From NCBI GenBank assembly GCA_021802825.1, contig JAJZRG010000003.1, forward strand, positions 22,643 to 86,642: a DNA stretch of 64,000 nucleotides, given 5' to 3'. Under the pieces are notes generated by a model, which saw nothing but the letters and a program-made list of their open reading frames with translations, had not been told where the DNA came from and made no database searches. A program made the position numbers and the translations under genes. Below are positions 9,406 to 19,308 of the stretch, piece after piece (position 1 is the first letter of the stretch; the number at the start of each line of letters is the position of its first letter). Source of the stretch: Chloroflexota bacterium. Its GTDB lineage: Bacteria > Chloroflexota > Limnocylindria > Limnocylindrales > CSP1-4.

Positions 9406-9741
9406 TCAGCGCTCCGCCCTGTCGGCCTTGGGCGCCGCGGGCTTGCGCTTGAACATCTGGAGCATGCGGTCGGTGACCACGTAGCCGCCCACGACGTTGA
9501 GCGTGGCGAACGCGACTGCCAGGAACGACACGACGTACGAGACGGGGTTGTCCGCGGCGACCGCGATGATCATGGCGCCCACGAGCACGATGCCGTGGAT
9601 CGAGTTGGCGCCCGACATCAGGGGTGTGTGCAGCGTGGCCGGGACCTTGGAGATGACCGCCACGCCGCACATGATCGCGAGCACGAAGATCGTGAACGCG
9701 AGGTCGATGGGCATGCTCGTGGTCGCCGGGTCGGCGTTCAT
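9406..9741 (-). CDS. pntAB: NAD(P) transhydrogenase subunit alpha part 2 (membrane)
   Basis: 111 aa with three to four TM helices. Motif HTPLMSGANSIHGIVLVGA is typical of alpha-2. Overlaps the pntAA stop by 4 nt. Confidence 0.85.
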   Translation of the reverse strand: MNADPATTSMPIDLAFTIFVLAIMCGVAVISKVPATLHTPLMSGANSIHGIVLVGAMIIAVAADNPVSYVVSFLAVAFATLNVVGGYVVTDRMLQMFKRKPAAPKADRAER

Positions 9742-10904
9742 GCAGCACCTCCAGCGGGGACGAGGAGCTTGGCGACGGCCTCGGAGGTGACCTTGCCGCC
9801 GTGGGTGATGACCGTGGCCCGCGTCACCTCCTCCTCCAAATCGAGGGCGAGCGCGCCGCCGCTGACCATGTTGAGCAGCAGGGCCGAGATGTTCCGCGCG
9901 TAGAACTGCGAGGACGAGGCGGGCATCGACGCCGGCAGATTCTCCGGCGCCACGATCGTGACGCCGTTCTCGGTGACGACGGTCTCGCCGGCCCTGGAGA
10001 GCTCGCAGTTGCCGCCCAGGGCCGACGCCGCCATGTCCACGATCACCGAGCCCGGCTTCATGCTCCCGACCGCGGCGGCCGTGACGAGCAGCGGCGGCTT
10101 GCGGCCCGGGACCTGGGCGGTGGTGATGACGATGTCCTGATTGCCGATCACCTCGTTGAGCTCGGCCTGCTGGGCCGCCTGCTCCCCGGGCGTCAGTGCC
10201 CGGGCGTAACCCCCGGCGCCCGTCGCATCGATGGCCGTCTTGAGTCGCACGAACTTCGCGCCCAGGCTCTCGGCCTGCTCGGCGGTCTCGGGGCGGACGT
10301 CGTACGCCGACACCACGGCGCCGAGGCGGCGCGCGGTGCCGATCGCCTGGAGCCCCGCCACGCCGATGCCCAGCACCAGCACGTTGGCCGGCTTCGCGGT
10401 GCCTGCCGCCGTGGTCAGGAGCGGGAAGTAGCGCCCGTACGTGTTGGCGGCGATCAGAACGGCCTTGTAGCCGCCGACGTTCGCCTGGGACGAGAGCGCG
10501 TCCATCGTCTGGGCCCGCGAGAGCGTGCGCGGGATCGCATCCAGACTCACGGCGGTCACGCCGGCATCGGCGAGCGTCTGCATGAGCGACGGGTCGAGCA
10601 GGGGCGCCAGCAGGCCGATGACGACCTGGCCGCTCCGCAGCCTCGAGACCTCGGCCCCGGCGGGCTTCTGGACGCGGAGCACCACGTCGCTCTGGGCATA
10701 GAGCTCGTCGGTCGCCACGACCCGCGCCCCGGCGTTCGCAAACGCCTCGTCGGGGATCATGGCGCCGGCACCGGCGCCGGCCTCGACGAGGATCTCAAGC
10801 CCGGCAGCTGTGAGCTTGCCGAGCGCCTCGGGCACCAGGGCGACGCGCCGCTCTCCGGCTGCCGTCTCCCTGGCGACGCCGACCTTCATGGCATCACCGT
10901 CCAA
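9738..10904 (-). CDS. pntAA: NAD(P) transhydrogenase subunit alpha part 1 (AlaDH-like dI domain)
   Basis: MKVGVARETAAGERRVALVPE start. Rossmann motif VLVLGIGVAGLQAIGTARRLGAVVSAYDVR. Alternative start at the internal Met, 10889. Confidence 0.9.
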   Translation of the reverse strand: MDGDAMKVGVARETAAGERRVALVPEALGKLTAAGLEILVEAGAGAGAMIPDEAFANAGARVVATDELYAQSDVVLRVQKPAGAEVSRLRSGQVVIGLLAPLLDPSLMQTLADAGVTAVSLDAIPRTLSRAQTMDALSSQANVGGYKAVLIAANTYGRYFPLLTTAAGTAKPANVLVLGIGVAGLQAIGTARRLGAVVSAYDVRPETAEQAESLGAKFVRLKTAIDATGAGGYARALTPGEQAAQQAELNEVIGNQDIVITTAQVPGRKPPLLVTAAAVGSMKPGSVIVDMAASALGGNCELSRAGETVVTENGVTIVAPENLPASMPASSSQFYARNISALLLNMVSGGALALDLEEEVTRATVITHGGKVTSEAVAKLLVPAGGAA

Positions 10905-11045
10905 TGGCAGGAATCTGGGTGGATCTGGCGAGTGTATCGGATGGCACCCTTTTGGGGGGCCGAATGGCCCGGAGTCTGGGCCTCGCCGGGCTGACCGCGC
11001 CTGTGCCGGCCCGGGCCTCGCGCGCCGTCCCCGTCTTCGCGCCCC

Positions 11046-12815
11046 TCAGGCCCCGCCGTCGTCAAGATAGCGGGGGAGCGAGAGCTCGAACACGGCGCCA
11101 CCGCCCAGCCGGTTGCTGGCCCGGATCGATCCGCCCAGCGCGAGCGCCAGCTGGCGGCAGACGAACAGGCCGATGCCCGCCCCGGCCACCGTCGGCGCCG
11201 TTGACGGCGAGCGGTAGAACAGGTCGAACAGCTGCTCGGCTTCCGACTCGACGATGCCGGGCCCCTGGTCGAGCACCCGCAGGATCACCTCGCTGTCGGT
11301 GGCCACGACCTCGACGGTGACCCGCGACCCGGGCTCGCCGTACTTCGCCGCGTTGGTCAGGAGGTTGCGCAGCACCTGCTCGACATACATCTCCTCGCCC
11401 TGGGCGGGCGGCAGGTCGATCGGGATGACGGCCTCGAAGATCACCTCCGGCGATCGTGCCCGTTCGGAGGCCACGACGCGCTCCACGACCGGACGCAGGA
11501 ACACCGGCTCGTCGCTCGGGCCGAGGTTCCCGCGCTCCACCTTGGTGAGGACCAGCAGGTCCTCGACCATCCGGTACAGCCGGTCGGCTTCGCTCGAGAC
11601 GTCTGACAGCAGGGCGTCCCGCGCAGCGGCGTCCATCTCGCGCCAGCGCCGGGACAGCACGCGGGTGCCCCCGAAGATCGTGGTGATGGGCGTCCGGAGC
11701 TCGTGGGAGACCACGCCGATGAACGCATCGCGCAGGCGGGCAGCCTCGCGCTCCGCCTCGACGTGCCGGTTCCGCTCCAGCTCCTCAAGCTTGCGCTCGG
11801 TGACGTCGCGGGTTGTCCCGATGATGGTCCCGGTGGGGCCATCTTCGTTCTCCAGCATCCGGCCGACCCCGAGCACCCAGTGCTCCGGGTCCTCCCGACG
11901 GCCGACGCGGAACTCGACCTCGTAGGGGCCGCCGTCCCGGGCGGAGGCCTCCATCACCTGGCGCACGCGTTCGCGGTCATCGGGGTGGACCGTCTCGAGC
12001 CAGTCCCGCAGCCGCGCCTCCTTGGCCAGGGGCTGGGCGAAGGGCGGCGGCTCGGGCGACCAGCTGACCGTGTTGGCGGCGACGTCCCACGACCAGATCC
12101 ACGTGCCGGACGTCTCGAGCGCCAGCTTCAGCCGGTCGTCGCGCTGCCGCACGGCGTCGAACAGGCGTGCCCGCTCGAGGGCCCCGGCGCCGTATGCCGC
12201 GAGGGCGTGGAGGAACCAGCGATCCGAGGCGTCGATCGAGCGGATGTCGTCGAAGCTTACGGCCAGCGCCCCGGTCGTCGAGCCCTCGAACACCACCGGG
12301 ACCACCATCGACGCCTGGGCGCCGCGGCCGCCAGCCCGGCGGCGAAGCTCCGGGTACTCGCGCTCCCGCTCCTCGGCTGAGGCGTAGTGGACGGCTCGAC
12401 CCGTCCGGATGACGGCCGTCATCGGCACGTCGAGCTCGATCGGGACCCGCAGCCAGGGCTCGAGGACGGCGTCGTCGTAGCCCCGCCACGCCAGGACCGT
12501 CGCCTCCCGGTCGTCCTCGGACCGGACGGCGACCCAGCCGCGCGGCGCCCCCAGTGCACCGCATGCCGCGTCGAGCAGCTGGGCTGCGACGGCCCGTGGG
12601 TCGAGCGACCAGGCGAGGGCATCGGCGACACGCTGGAGCTCGCGCCGCTGGGAGTCGGCCCGCGCCTCGCCGTCGGCCTCGGGCGGGAGGGTCGTGCTCA
12701 TCACCCCGAGTATGCGCGGATCGGCGCGGATGGGCCCCGGAGCGCCCGTCGATGATTGACAAGGCGACGCAGGGGCGGCCGCCGGCGGCATCGCTCCCCG
12801 CAACGGGCTCTCCAC
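11046..12815 (-). CDS. Cytosolic sensor histidine kinase (GAF + PAS + HisKA + HATPase)
   Basis: H-box SHELRTPITTIFG. N and G boxes (LRNLLTNAAKYG, DQGPGI, GAGIGLFVCRQL). No TM segment. GAF-like and PAS-like regions upstream. Alternative start near 12701 (MSTTLPPE). Confidence 0.85.
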   Translation of the reverse strand: MESPLRGAMPPAAAPASPCQSSTGAPGPIRADPRILGVMSTTLPPEADGEARADSQRRELQRVADALAWSLDPRAVAAQLLDAACGALGAPRGWVAVRSEDDREATVLAWRGYDDAVLEPWLRVPIELDVPMTAVIRTGRAVHYASAEEREREYPELRRRAGGRGAQASMVVPVVFEGSTTGALAVSFDDIRSIDASDRWFLHALAAYGAGALERARLFDAVRQRDDRLKLALETSGTWIWSWDVAANTVSWSPEPPPFAQPLAKEARLRDWLETVHPDDRERVRQVMEASARDGGPYEVEFRVGRREDPEHWVLGVGRMLENEDGPTGTIIGTTRDVTERKLEELERNRHVEAEREAARLRDAFIGVVSHELRTPITTIFGGTRVLSRRWREMDAAARDALLSDVSSEADRLYRMVEDLLVLTKVERGNLGPSDEPVFLRPVVERVVASERARSPEVIFEAVIPIDLPPAQGEEMYVEQVLRNLLTNAAKYGEPGSRVTVEVVATDSEVILRVLDQGPGIVESEAEQLFDLFYRSPSTAPTVAGAGIGLFVCRQLALALGGSIRASNRLGGGAVFELSLPRYLDDGGA

Positions 12816-13042
12816 CCGATTCGCCGACGCTCATGTCGATTTGCCGGGGGTCTGAGTGAAACCTTCCGGGTGAGGGCTGCCTCGGAACGGTGACGGCTCT
12901 CCCCCCGTCAGGACGTCTCCCCGTCCGCGCGCGGCTCCCCTGGCATCTGTCCCGCCGGGGGGGGCCGCCACCGTCTGTTGGGGCCGCTGCGCACGAATGC
13001 CGGGCCGTGGTGCTGTCGCGGCCAACGGCCGCCGGCGGGGAC

Positions 13043-13708
13043 CTACAGGTCGGCGACGCTGATGATCCCGCGCCGGATCGCGAACTTGAGCAGCTCGGTA
13101 CGGTCGTGGAAGCCGAGCTTCTCCATGATGTTCGCGCGGTAGTTGTGGACCGTCTGCTCGGACAGGTGGAACACCTTCGCGATCTCGCGGTTCGTGTGGC
13201 CGACGGCGGCGAGGAGGAGGACCTCCTTCTCCCGCTCGGAGAGCCCTGCGTAGACGTCCGCGGCCGGGAGGTCCGGGCTGCGCAGCACGTAGGTGTTGAC
13301 CATTCGGGTCACGATCGACGGGGACACGTAGGCCTGGCCGCGGGTGACCGAGCGCAACGCGGCGACCAGGTCGGACGGCTCGGCCTCTCGCGTCAGGAAG
13401 CCGTCCGCCCCTGCCTTGAGCGCCATGCTGAACTGCTCGCTGCCGCTCCCGCTCCGGCATTCGAGCGCGATGATCCGTGCCGAGGGCGCTGTGCTGCGCA
13501 CCTTGTCGATGGCCTCGAAGGTGGTGCTGCCGGGCGCCGACAGTGGCTGGCACTCGGCGATGACGACGTCAGCCGGGAATCGGGTCAGCGAGTCGGGGAT
13601 CGCGTCGGGGCCGGCCGGGGTCGCGGTGACCTCCATGTCCGGCTCGGCATCGATGACCGACCGGAAGCCCGAGACGAGCAGCGGGAAGTCGAAGATCGCG
13701 AGCTGCAC
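13043..13708 (-). CDS. NarL/LuxR-family regulator with degenerate (pseudo) receiver domain
   Basis: C-terminal LSEREKEVLLLAAVGHTNREIAKVFHLSEQTVHNYRANIMEKLG. The receiver-like N-terminus is degenerate, with acidic pocket FD (not DD), phospho-acceptor position E (VVIAECQPL) and conserved Lys position R (GFLTRE). The GTG start at 13708 is inferred. The long upstream extension in the track ORF was rejected. Confidence 0.7.
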   Translation of the reverse strand: MQLAIFDFPLLVSGFRSVIDAEPDMEVTATPAGPDAIPDSLTRFPADVVIAECQPLSAPGSTTFEAIDKVRSTAPSARIIALECRSGSGSEQFSMALKAGADGFLTREAEPSDLVAALRSVTRGQAYVSPSIVTRMVNTYVLRSPDLPAADVYAGLSEREKEVLLLAAVGHTNREIAKVFHLSEQTVHNYRANIMEKLGFHDRTELLKFAIRRGIISVADL

Positions 13709-13934
13709 TGCGATCTTCCCGTCGGGCCCCGCGCCGCTGGTCCTCAACGCTGCCTCGCTGGTCTGCGGCGAGCCGGGACCCGCGCCCGGGGCCGCAGGCT
13801 CAACTGTGCCCGTCGACGCCCGCCAGCCGTAGGGGCCATCGGTCGCCCCGTGAAGACCTCGCCGCCCCACTGGCGCGGGACCATTCGGCAGGACCTGCGG
13901 GCGGTTCGGCTGGGCGGGTGACGCGGGGCCAGCG

Positions 13935-14954
13935 CTACCAGACGGCGGGCGAATCCCCCCGCCACTCCACGCCGCTGACCCGGGCGAGGCCCTCGTGGAG
14001 GACGAGGGCCACGCTGGTCTCGAGCGTGTGTCCGGGCGCCAGCTCACGCGCCTGGCCAGCTGCCAGGGCGCCGTCGATATCCTGCGGACGGCTTGTCCAG
14101 GGCTCCAGTGCCAGGAGCTGGTGACCGCGCCAGCCACCGAAGACCTGCCACAGCCAGGCATGCGGGAAGACCTCGCGGTCGAAGACGATGGCGACGCCGC
14201 GGCGAGCCGCCGTGTCCGTGAGGGCCAGCCAGCCGTCGGAGAGCTTGGTCGCCCAGTGGCCGCCGAACACGCCTGCCTCGCGGCCCAGCAGCGTGGACGC
14301 GTCGCGGACGGCATCGGGATCTGCCGGCGACGGCACGGGCAGCGACGGCCACGCATACCGCTGGCCCGCGACCCCCAGCAGCGGGTCGCTCGCGACGCCC
14401 ACCTCCATGCCTTCGTTGGGGGGCAGGTCGATCCGGTGCTCCGCCGTGACGGTGAACGCCGGGTGGATCCCCCACGTGAACGGAAGCGGGCGCACGTCGA
14501 GGTTCTCGATCCGGTAGCTCATCCGCAGTGTCGCCTCGCCCGCCCGCAGCTCGAGCGTGCGCGTGAACCTCGCGGGGGCGATGTTGCCGTGGGCGACCGT
14601 CGTGACCCAGGCCGCCGCCCCGCCCGCGGCCACCGACGACGAGGCCGCCCACGGCAGGCACCACAGCTCGCCCATGTACGGCAGCCGTTCGCCGTGGAGC
14701 GTGCTGAGGTCGCCGCCCGGGAAGATCTCATCCCAGCCGCCGGTCCACCAGTCGTCGAACCAGGCGCCGTACGGCGCGAGGCGCGGGGCCAGCCGCGGAT
14801 TCCGCCACAGCAGCTCCCGGTCGGCGCGGGCGTCCATGAGCGAGGCGACATGCCCGCCCATCGCGGCGACCACCGTGACCGACACCAGCCCGTTCTCGAG
14901 GACCAGCGCCGGGATGCCCTCCCACGCCGTCTCGCGAACCGATGCCCGGGTCAC
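13935..14954 (-). CDS. Aldose 1-epimerase (galactose mutarotase)-like protein
   Basis: Mutarotase/DUF4432-like blocks (GGHVASL, GGWDEIFPG, PFTWGIHPAF, GHQLLALEPW). The GTG start overlaps the DeoR stop as GTGA. Confidence 0.7.
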   Translation of the reverse strand: MTRASVRETAWEGIPALVLENGLVSVTVVAAMGGHVASLMDARADRELLWRNPRLAPRLAPYGAWFDDWWTGGWDEIFPGGDLSTLHGERLPYMGELWCLPWAASSSVAAGGAAAWVTTVAHGNIAPARFTRTLELRAGEATLRMSYRIENLDVRPLPFTWGIHPAFTVTAEHRIDLPPNEGMEVGVASDPLLGVAGQRYAWPSLPVPSPADPDAVRDASTLLGREAGVFGGHWATKLSDGWLALTDTAARRGVAIVFDREVFPHAWLWQVFGGWRGHQLLALEPWTSRPQDIDGALAAGQARELAPGHTLETSVALVLHEGLARVSGVEWRGDSPAVW

Positions 14955-15763
14955 GCCAGGACCACCTCCACCCCGGCCTCCCGGATCTCGGCGACACGAC
15001 GCGGGTCGGCGCCGATATCGGTGATCAAGACGTTGACCTGCGCGAGCGGCACGATCGTCGTGAAGCCCTGGCGGCCAAGCTTGGACGAGTCCGCGACGGC
15101 CACCACTCGGCGACTGCGCGACGTCGCCGCGGCGCCCACCTCCGCCACGAGCACGTGCGGGGTGGTCAGCCCGGACTCGGGCGTCAGCCCGTCGCAGCCC
15201 AGGAAGATCGTGTCGGCGGTCAGTGCGCGCAGGCCGTCGATCGTGCCCGGCCCCACGAATGAGCGGTACTCGGGCAGGTACAGCCCGCCGACGACGACCA
15301 GATGCGGGGCGTCCCAGCCGCCGATCTCGTCCACCACCGGGAGCGAGTATGTGACCACCGTGATGGCGCTCGGCGCTCGCAGGGCGGCCGGCATTTGGGC
15401 CGCCACCTGGGCCACGGTCGTCCCCGAGTCGAACAGGACGATCTCTCCCGGCGCGACCATCCGGGCCGCGGCCGCCGCGATCCGCGCCTTCTCCCCACGG
15501 TGCAGGTGCAGCTTGCTGGCGAAGGCGCCCGACGCGAGCTTCGCTGCCAGGCTCACGGCGCCGCCGTGGACCCGTCGGAGGCGCCCCGCGCCCTCGAGCA
15601 GGATGAGGTCGCGCCGGATGGAGGCGTCGGTCACGCCGAAGCGCACGGTGAGGTCCCCGACGCTGACCCGCTGGTCGTCGTCCACCAGGCGGGCGATCTG
15701 CTCGCGCCGCTCGTGTGCGCTCAGGCCGGACGGATCGAGTTCGACGCTTGCCGAGACGCTCAC
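14951..15763 (-). CDS. DeoR-family transcriptional regulator
   Basis: N-terminal HTH (ERREQIARLVDDDQRVSVGDLTVRFGVTDASIRRDLILLEGAGRLRRVHGGAV) and a C-terminal sugar-phosphate sensor fold. Confidence 0.85.
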   Translation of the reverse strand: MSVSASVELDPSGLSAHERREQIARLVDDDQRVSVGDLTVRFGVTDASIRRDLILLEGAGRLRRVHGGAVSLAAKLASGAFASKLHLHRGEKARIAAAAARMVAPGEIVLFDSGTTVAQVAAQMPAALRAPSAITVVTYSLPVVDEIGGWDAPHLVVVGGLYLPEYRSFVGPGTIDGLRALTADTIFLGCDGLTPESGLTTPHVLVAEVGAAATSRSRRVVAVADSSKLGRQGFTTIVPLAQVNVLITDIGADPRRVAEIREAGVEVVLA

Positions 15764-16587
15764 TTGTTGACACCCATCGTCAGGCCCCGGATCAGGTTCC
15801 GCTGGAAGATCAGGTACACGATGATCGCAGGCAGGGCGCTCACGAGGGAGCCGGCCATGAGCGTCGGGATGTTCACGACCCGGCCGTTCTGGAGCACGGC
15901 GAGGCCGACGGTGATCGTGCGCACGTCGGGTGTCTGGAGGAACAACAGCCCGACCAGGAGATCATCCCAGATCTGGATCACCTGGAGCACGGCCACCGTG
16001 GTGATCGCCGGGACCGAGAGCGGCAGCATGACCTTGCGGAAGATCTGCCAGTAGCTGGCCCCGTCCATGACCGAGGCCTCGACGAGCTCGGTGGGGATGC
16101 TCCGGTAGTAGGTGGTCATCAGGTAGGTGGCGAACGGGGAACCGATCGCGGCGTAGACCACGATCGCGCTCGGGAACTGGTTGACGCCGTGGACCACTCT
16201 CGCGATATCCACATAGACCGGGATGATGATCGACTGGATCGGGATCATCATCCCCGACAGGATCGCCACGAACGCGAGCCCCGAGCCGCGGAAGCCCAGC
16301 TTCGCGAAGGCGTAGCCGCCGGTCGTGCTGACGACCAGGATCAGCAGTACCCCGCCCACGGTGACGACGGTGGAGTTCCACAGCTGGGCCAGGACCGGCA
16401 TCTGGACGAACAGGTTCTGCCACGACGCCAGCGAGAAGCCGCTGCCGGCGATGTACTGGTCCCGCGAGCGCAGCGAGGTCAGGATCATCAGCACGAACGG
16501 GAACAGCATGATCACGGCGACCACGCACAGGATCGCGAACATCACGAGCCGCGTGAGCCGTCGGCGCGTGGGCCGCATGTCGGGCAC
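15760..16587 (-). CDS. Carbohydrate ABC transporter permease (MalG-like)
   Basis: Six TM segments. EAA-type loop (EASVMDGASYWQIFRKVMLPLSVPAI). Confidence 0.9.
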   Translation of the reverse strand: MPDMRPTRRRLTRLVMFAILCVVAVIMLFPFVLMILTSLRSRDQYIAGSGFSLASWQNLFVQMPVLAQLWNSTVVTVGGVLLILVVSTTGGYAFAKLGFRGSGLAFVAILSGMMIPIQSIIIPVYVDIARVVHGVNQFPSAIVVYAAIGSPFATYLMTTYYRSIPTELVEASVMDGASYWQIFRKVMLPLSVPAITTVAVLQVIQIWDDLLVGLLFLQTPDVRTITVGLAVLQNGRVVNIPTLMAGSLVSALPAIIVYLIFQRNLIRGLTMGVNK

Positions 16588-17520
16588 CTAGTCCAGCCGG
16601 CTGCGGAACAGCCGCAGCTGCGCGATGCTGATCGTGAACACGACCGCGAACAGCACGATCCCGATCGCCGCCGCGTAGCCGAACGAGCCCACCTTGAAGC
16701 CCTGCTGGTACACGTAGAACTCGAGGGTCGTGGAGCCGAAGCCGGGACCGCCGCCGGTCATGATGAAGATCAGGCTGAACAGGGCGGTGAAGGCGGTGAT
16801 CAGGGTGAGGATGAACGAGAACTGGACAAACCGCATCAGCATCGGGATGGTGATCTTGCGGAAGGTCGTGAAGGCGCTCGCGCCGTCAACGCGCGCCGCC
16901 TCGTAGACCTCGCGGTCCAGCGTCGCCATCCCGGTGATGAAGATGATCGTGTTGGTGCCGAACACCGACCAGATGAACGTGATCGCGACGGCCAGCATCG
17001 CGCTGTACTCGCCGCTCAGGAAATCGGTCTGCACGTCCAGGCCCAGGCCGGCGAGGATCGCGTTGAGGATGCCCTCCAACGCGAACACCCGGATCGCCAC
17101 CATGCCGATGACGACCCAGCTGATAGCGGTGGGCAGGAAGTACACGGAGCGGAAGAACCGCCAGCCCAGCACGTGCTCGTTGAGCAGGTAGGCCACGAGC
17201 AGCGGGATCAGGATCGCGAGCGGGACGGCCGCGAGCAGGATCAGGTTGTTGAGGATGACCCGCCAGAAGTTGGGGTCGGCGAACAGCCGCTGGTAATTCC
17301 CCAGGCCGACCCAGGAGGACGTGATGCCGTCCCAGCGGGTGAAGCTGTAATAGAAGGCCTGCCCGAGCGGCACCGCGAGGAGGAGGAACTCGAGCACGAC
17401 GACCGGCAGGGCGAACAGGATGCCCGCCCGCCGTCGCGAGCGACTGAGCCGCTGGTGTGCCCGAGGGCGGACAGCGGCCAGCGGTTTGGGCGAGTCCAGG
17501 GGCGCCGCGGGGTTGGTCAT
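16588..17520 (-). CDS. Carbohydrate ABC transporter permease (MalF-like)
   Basis: EAA loop (YEAARVDGASAFTTFRKITIPMLMR) and multi-TM topology. Directly abuts the next permease gene. Confidence 0.9.
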   Translation of the reverse strand: MTNPAAPLDSPKPLAAVRPRAHQRLSRSRRRAGILFALPVVVLEFLLLAVPLGQAFYYSFTRWDGITSSWVGLGNYQRLFADPNFWRVILNNLILLAAVPLAILIPLLVAYLLNEHVLGWRFFRSVYFLPTAISWVVIGMVAIRVFALEGILNAILAGLGLDVQTDFLSGEYSAMLAVAITFIWSVFGTNTIIFITGMATLDREVYEAARVDGASAFTTFRKITIPMLMRFVQFSFILTLITAFTALFSLIFIMTGGGPGFGSTTLEFYVYQQGFKVGSFGYAAAIGIVLFAVVFTISIAQLRLFRSRLD

Positions 17521-17576
17521 CAGGGGTTGGGAAAGCCGGCGGCGGGGTGAATCGCCGCCGGCCCCATCTCGTCGGC

Positions 17577-18968
17577 TCAGCCCGGGGCCGGAGCCGTGTA
17601 CGTGTCGCCGCGCTGGTCAGCGGGCAACGCGTTGAGTGCGTCTGACATGGCCTTGAGCGCGTCCGTCGGGGTGGTGGTGCCGTTGAACACGCCGTTGAGC
17701 AGCTTGGTCGCCACGTCGGTGACGCCGGGCTGGATCACGTTGTCGATCATCGGGTAGCGCGTGTAGCCCTGGTTGGCCGCGAAATCGAGCATCTGGTTGG
17801 CCAGGGGCTGGCTGGCCGAGGTCCCGGCCACGACCGGGATCAGGCCGCCGTCGGCGATGATCTTCTGGGCCTCCGCAGTTGCCATCCACGCGAGGAACGC
17901 GGCTGCGGCGGGCTTGTTCTGCGAGTAGCTCGTCACGCCGAAGCCGTTGCCGGGGAATTCGACGACGCCCTTGGCCTGGGTGTCGGTGAACGGCGGGATG
18001 AACACGCCGACCTTGTCACCCAGCTTGTCATGGAACTCCTTGAAGTCCCACGAGCCCTCGAGGACCATCGCGGCCTTGCCGGCCTCGAACATGCCCACGG
18101 AGTCGCCGTTGAGGACGTCAGGGTTGGTGTAGCCCTTCGACTTGATCTGCGCCCACTTGGTCAGCTGCGCGACGATCGCGGGGTCGGTCCACGGGATCTT
18201 GCCGCTGTAGAGCTTCTGCCAGTCCGTGACCGGCAGGTACATCATCATGTAGCTGAGGTCGTAGTAGGGGTAGAAGCCGGCGTTGAGCGCCTGGCCGCCG
18301 GGCCCGTAGGCCATCGGCAGGATCCCGGCCGCCTTGAGCTTCTCGCAGGCCGCGAAGAACTCGGTCCAGTTGGTGGGGAACGCGGTGATCCCGGCCTTTG
18401 CGAACAGGTCCTTGTTGTAGAACCCGTTGTAGTGCTGCATGTCCAGCGGCACGCAGATGGCGCCCTGGTCGAGGGAGAGACCCTTCGAGCACCAGTCGAT
18501 GCCGTTGAAGGTCTTGAGGGTGTCGGCCGGGATGTACTGGTTGAGCGGCTCGAGGTAGCCCTGGTTCTGGAGGGCGAACAGGCCGGTCCACATGGTCATC
18601 AGGTCGGGCCCGGTCCCCGAGATCGCGGCCGCCTTGAGCAGCGCGAAGTAGTTGTCCGCAGGCTGGCTCACGACGTTGATCGTGACGTTGGGGTTCTTGG
18701 TCGTGTAGGCCTTCACGAGGGCCTGCGTGACCGTCGCGTTGGCCTCGGTGCCGTAGTTGTGCCACAGGGTCAGCGTGACCGGCGCTGCGGCAGTCGGGGA
18801 GGCCGCTGCCTGACTGGGGGCGGCCGACGACGGTGCGACGGACGCGACAGATGCGGTGGATGTCGCGGCGCTGGTCGCCACGGACGGCACCGCGCTGGGT
18901 GTGGATCCTCCGCAGGCGGCCGCGATCAACATCGCGGACCCCGCCAGCGCGAGCAACCTTCGGTTCAA
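17577..18968 (-). CDS. Extracellular sugar-binding lipoprotein of ABC transporter
   Basis: Family-1 solute-binding protein blocks. TTG start at 18968 with AAGGAG 8 nt upstream. Lipobox LIAAAC. No cognate ATPase gene in the locus (a shared MsiK-type ATPase is presumed). Confidence 0.85.
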   Translation of the reverse strand: MNRRLLALAGSAMLIAAACGGSTPSAVPSVATSAATSTASVASVAPSSAAPSQAAASPTAAAPVTLTLWHNYGTEANATVTQALVKAYTTKNPNVTINVVSQPADNYFALLKAAAISGTGPDLMTMWTGLFALQNQGYLEPLNQYIPADTLKTFNGIDWCSKGLSLDQGAICVPLDMQHYNGFYNKDLFAKAGITAFPTNWTEFFAACEKLKAAGILPMAYGPGGQALNAGFYPYYDLSYMMMYLPVTDWQKLYSGKIPWTDPAIVAQLTKWAQIKSKGYTNPDVLNGDSVGMFEAGKAAMVLEGSWDFKEFHDKLGDKVGVFIPPFTDTQAKGVVEFPGNGFGVTSYSQNKPAAAAFLAWMATAEAQKIIADGGLIPVVAGTSASQPLANQMLDFAANQGYTRYPMIDNVIQPGVTDVATKLLNGVFNGTTTPTDALKAMSDALNALPADQRGDTYTAPAPG

Positions 18969-19202
18969 GCCCGTGTCTCCTTTCCGACGAGCATCCCGTG
19001 GCGGGCATCCTCCGGACCGATCCGCGCTCCTCGCGCACACCGGCCGTCCCGACGCATGGGTGCCAGCAGGCCGGCCTGCTAGCGCGGCTGCGTGCACGAT
19101 CCTACGCTGACCATGGCATAGGCCGCAAGATCGTTCTGCACATTTCGCGCACCAAACACGCAGACCATTTCAGGTATAGGTCATGGTTGGGTGCCGATTT
19201 CC

Positions 19203-19231
19203 TTGACACCCGACACCGTCCGAATAGCATG
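19203..19231 (+). promoter_or_regulatory. Candidate sigma70-type promoter for the aldolase-kinase-isomerase operon
   Basis: TTGACA, 16-nt spacer, TAGCAT, in the lower-GC divergent intergenic region about 75 nt upstream of the 19309 start. Confidence 0.35.
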
Positions 19232-19308
19232 TGTGCATCAAATAGAACATCACGCACCTGGGCGTACGGCCAAGTCGGGCGTCGCGACCAGGGCTGGAGG
19301 CGATCCCG

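Noticed and set aside
13709-14356. N-terminal 216-aa extension of the LuxR-type regulator ORF. Analogous long upstream extensions occur at 25786..27600, 42191..43528, 17577..19097, 33566..34798 and 50703..52784.
   Set aside because: The extended parts are Arg/Pro/Ala-rich without motifs, and they overlap or run into neighbouring genes. Internal starts with Shine-Dalgarno-like sequences give proteins of the length expected for their families.
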